A stretch of DNA of 64,000 nucleotides from the human T2T-CHM13v2.0 reference genome, Homo sapiens. A model generated the notes under the pieces. It did not search any database, was not told the DNA's origin, and saw only the letters and a program-made list of their open reading frames with translations. The DNA is taken from the NCBI RefSeq assembly GCF_009914755.1, contig NC_060926.1, one strand, 5' to 3'. The position numbers were made by a program, and so were the translations under genes. This document shows, piece by piece, positions 59,864-64,000 of the stretch. How positions within the stretch are numbered: position 1 is the first letter of the stretch; each line of letters starts with the position of its first letter.

Positions 59864-60054
59864 TTTTGTTTTGTTTTAGTTTTTGAACTATTTTTAGAGA
59901 CCGGGTCTCATTATGTTGCCTGGGCTGGAGTGCAGTGGATATTTACAGGTGAAATCATGGTGCACTACAGCCTCAAACTCCCTTTGCTCAAGCTATCCTC
60001 CTGCCTCAGCCTCCCAAGTAGCTGGGACTACAGGTGTGAGCCACTATGCCTGGC
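59864..60054 (-). mobile_element. FAM (fossil Alu monomer) inside a MER5-family element
   Basis: ggagtgcagtggatatttacaggtg corresponds to the 7SL-like cctgtgaatagccactgcactcc segment; MER5 motifs at about 59790-60120. Confidence 0.8.
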
Positions 60055-61086
60055 TCTAATTTCTGTTCTTTAAAAAGCTCCCTAGGTGATCCTGAAGTAC
60101 AGACAGATTTGGGAGCAAAAGGCTTAAATGATGTTCTTAGGGTCCTGAGAAAGGTAAGAAAACACTCATTCCTAAGTCATTAATGTATTGTTTTATTTAT
60201 CCACCTATTTATTGAGCATTTACTTTGTGACAGGGATTCTGTGAAATACTGGAAATGCAACAGTGAAAAGAGAGTCAAAACCCCCTTGACCTCATACAAG
60301 ATTATAGTCTGAGGAAGGATTACAGGTGTAAAAGTGGGAGGAGCAGGGTATTGCATGCTATTGTTCTCAGGACACTATTCATCTTATTGAACGGACAAAG
60401 CCTGCAGTGAACTTGGCGATAAAACAGACATTGAACTAATAATTCCAAAGGCTATTGGGGTTTTAGTGTATTTTGAGAATGATAATGTCAATCATATTCA
60501 CATGCATCTTAACATATGGGAGAGTCACTGGTCATTTTGGGCCACTGGCATTGTCCTATCAAAATTGCTAACTGGTTATATATATCAAGTGCTCTCTTTT
60601 ATGAAAACATTACAGAAGCCCATGCTTAGGCTGATGTATGGAAGTGTTTCTGACATTTTGGTCTCAAATTCCACAAAACAGATTAAACTCCTTACTGTAG
60701 GAGTTTTTTATAGTTATCTAAACCAAAGGCATTCCTGCAGATAAGTTGCCTAGAGTCTAAATAGATATACAATTCATCCTTTATTCCCCATCTTCTTCTA
60801 ATAATACAGTAGAGGGAGGAATAGGGGAGGTTTTTTTTTAAGTTAAGACAGGGAGACATAATGGCATTTGGTGAGGTTGAGCACACAGATTTTAAAGTTT
60901 TAAGGCCTTTGGACAAGTATTCTCCAAAAGCAAGTATGAGTCATCTAAGGCCTGCAGCCCACTACATGGTGAGGACAATGGCCCTTGCATGGAGATTACA
61001 GTGTAAAGGCCTCCCTGGAGCAGGGTCTGAGTCAGCAGTAGCTCCTTGGAAAGTCCAGGGAAGAGATGGAGGGATCCCAATTCTAG

Positions 61087-61500
<414 letters not shown>

Positions 61501-61796
61501 TAAAAATATTATCCATTTCTTTAAAGCATCTTTATCATATTTTAAGTAGGCCTCATGGTAATTCTAAACCATAATTTAGTCTTACTAACACTATTCCTAT
61601 AGGCTCTTGCCTTTCTGATTTATTGAGCTGTAGTGTCTTCTTTCATCTTTTTCATATTTTTTTAGTTCATCAAAACCCTCATGACAATCATGTTAACTTC
61701 TTTAATTTTTTTTCCTGTATCTTTCTCCTTAGTATCATTTATGATCTTATACTTGGGTCAGGAAGGGATGGAATGGTATTAAGAGTGGAGGTGGTT

Positions 61797-62092
<296 letters not shown>

Positions 62093-62107
62093 GTAGAGGT
62101 GGTTAAG

Positions 62108-62492
62108 TGCTATGATTTGAATGTGCCCCCTAAAGTTCAAGAGTTGAAAACTTGACCCCCAATACAACAGTGTTGAGTGGTGAGGCCTAATGAGAGGTGA
62201 TAAGGCCAGGAGGGCTCTCTCCTCATGAATGGATTAATGCCATTATCACAGGAGTGGGTTTATTATCAGAGGAATGGGTTTCTTATAAAAGGATAACTTT
62301 GGCCTCCTGTCTCTTTCTCACCCTCTCTTTGCCCTTCCACCATGGAATGATATAATAAAAGACCCTTGCCAGATGCTGGCCCTTTGAACTGTGATTTCCC
62401 ATCTTCCAGAACTGTGAACCATTTAATTCCTGTTTATTATAAATTACCCACTCTCAGGCACTCTGTTATAGCAGCACACAAGGACTAAGACA
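62108..62492 (+). mobile_element. MST (MSTC-like) MaLR solo LTR
   Basis: tgctatgatttgaatgt...tataaattaccca...ggactaagaca. Confidence 0.85.
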
Positions 62493-63044
62493 TTAACTTT
62501 TGGATTTTAAAGTGTTTCCCTGAAGACAGCATAATGTCAACAAAGCAAGTAATTAAGCTGGGTAGGTGCTGACTGCGAGTGAAGAGAATGCCAAGTTGTT
62601 AATGCAGCAAGTCATTAAGCAAAGTGACTACCAAACTCAATAAAGCAAGATTTGCCCTGGATAAGCTAACCTGGGATAAAACAAAGTTGACGGCATTAGA
62701 CAAACTTTCACCCAGGGAAAAGGTTAGAAACAAAGGATAACTCAGTCTCAGGGTTGGAGACCTGGAAGTGATGTCAAAAGATCATTGGATCCCTGCCTCA
62801 TCTTTAAAGATTTGATTGACTGACTCTTCTGGCCTATATGCCTGGTCCATTCTATTTTTCATAGTTAATTAAAACAGACATATAACTTATTTTTAAAAGT
62901 AGTTTACGCCAATGTTCAATGCTTCTAAATTGTTCTTTCTTGTGTCCAGATGAAGGTTCTCTCAAATTTAAAATTATTTTTCTTTGGTGAAACTATCTGC
63001 TTTCTTGAAAAAAATTGCTTATCCGCATTTTCATGAAAGGGATT

Positions 63045-63270
63045 AAGCCAACAGGTTCTGGAGCCAGACTGCCTGGGGTAAGAATGCCAACTCAATCACT
63101 TGGGCCTATGGCTTCTTAACCACTTTCTTAACCTGCCTGAATTTCCTCATTGGTAAAATGGAAATATTATACTACCAGTTAGCTACCTCAGGGTGTTGCT
63201 GTGAGGATTAAATGGGGTAATGCATTTAAAGCTCTTACTTACTACTGATAGGTGATAAGTACTCCATAAT
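63045..63270 (+). mobile_element. MIR
   Basis: ctggagccagactgcctggg...tttcctcattggtaaaatgg...gtgaggattaaat. Confidence 0.75.
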
Positions 63271-63352
63271 GGTAATAATAACAATAATAATTGTTGGGTT
63301 TTTTTGAATGTTCTTTATTCTCCAATCTTACCTTGTATGCCAAATATTTTGC

Positions 63353-63411
63353 TATATACTATATACATATATATTTTACTATATATATATTTTACTATAT
63401 ATATATATATA
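63353..63411. repeat. Imperfect (TA)n repeat
   Basis: Read directly from sequence. Confidence 0.85.
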
Positions 63412-63739
63412 GTTATTAAATACTTCCTATATTTGAAGGTAGTAATTGAACCCGTCAGTTGTCTTCTGCTGAGCATTAAAGAACTAAAATTCTCCTTTGA
63501 AAACTTTAGAGTTATCTAATTTTATCCCTGGACAATTGGTCTGAGGTTATTTAACATAGTAGTGGACATCCCTATACACTCAAAAGACTAAGAAATAGGC
63601 TGTATTACAGCATTTAAAAAATAACAAAGACCTTGAATCATGAAAAGAAAGGCTGATGATAGTATATTCAAATTTTTCTGAATTTAAAGAAGACTTCATC
63701 CAAGATATATTTTTTTAAACCAACTCTAAAAGGGAAAAT

Positions 63740-64000
63740 CAGCAATTACTCAAGTCCTGAGAATACAGTAGTGAGAAATAATACATGTATTCCTTGCTTT
63801 CATATTGCTTATAGTGTGGTGGGAGAGGCAGATATTAATCAAATAGACATAAAAAGAGGGCCTAATTAATAAGTGAGACAAATGCTATAAAGAAATGAAG
63901 CATGTTTCTGTATGTGTAAATTCAAAAGAAGAATGACCTCACTAGGTTTCCCTGAGGAAGTGACACTGAACAGAAACCTAAGGATTGACTAAGCAATAAC
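63740..64000. mobile_element. L2 fragment
   Basis: gcttatagtgtggtgggagaggcaga...aatgctataaagaaa...ttccctgaggaagtgacactga. Confidence 0.6.

Overview
Primate (human-like) nuclear genomic DNA, non-coding and rich in interspersed repeats. I recognise about 22 Alu-family SINEs (including FLAM/FAM monomers and truncated copies), many old L1/L2/MIR fragments, MaLR and ERV LTRs (MLT1, MST, LTR8, MER41A, MER57-like) and DNA-transposon fossils (MER5, MER20, MER58, MER46C, MER53). No protein-coding exon, RNA gene or CpG island can be supported. The ORF track is explained by Alu/L1/LTR read-through or chance. Repeat family names come from my recollection of consensus sequences and boundaries of old elements are approximate. 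The most interesting observations are: an ERV1-internal/LTR8 fusion that stops at the LTR poly(A) site with an A-tail (processed-ERV-like); a repeat-free 50.5-51.8 kb block in which a 31-bp tandem duplication doubles a STAT(GAS)+GATA module beside a 14-bp hairpin, a palindromic GATA pair and octamer sites; an AluY left monomer with a perfect TSD; and a 15-bp-periodic, possibly MULE-like terminus. I found no convincing evidence of a novel biological system.
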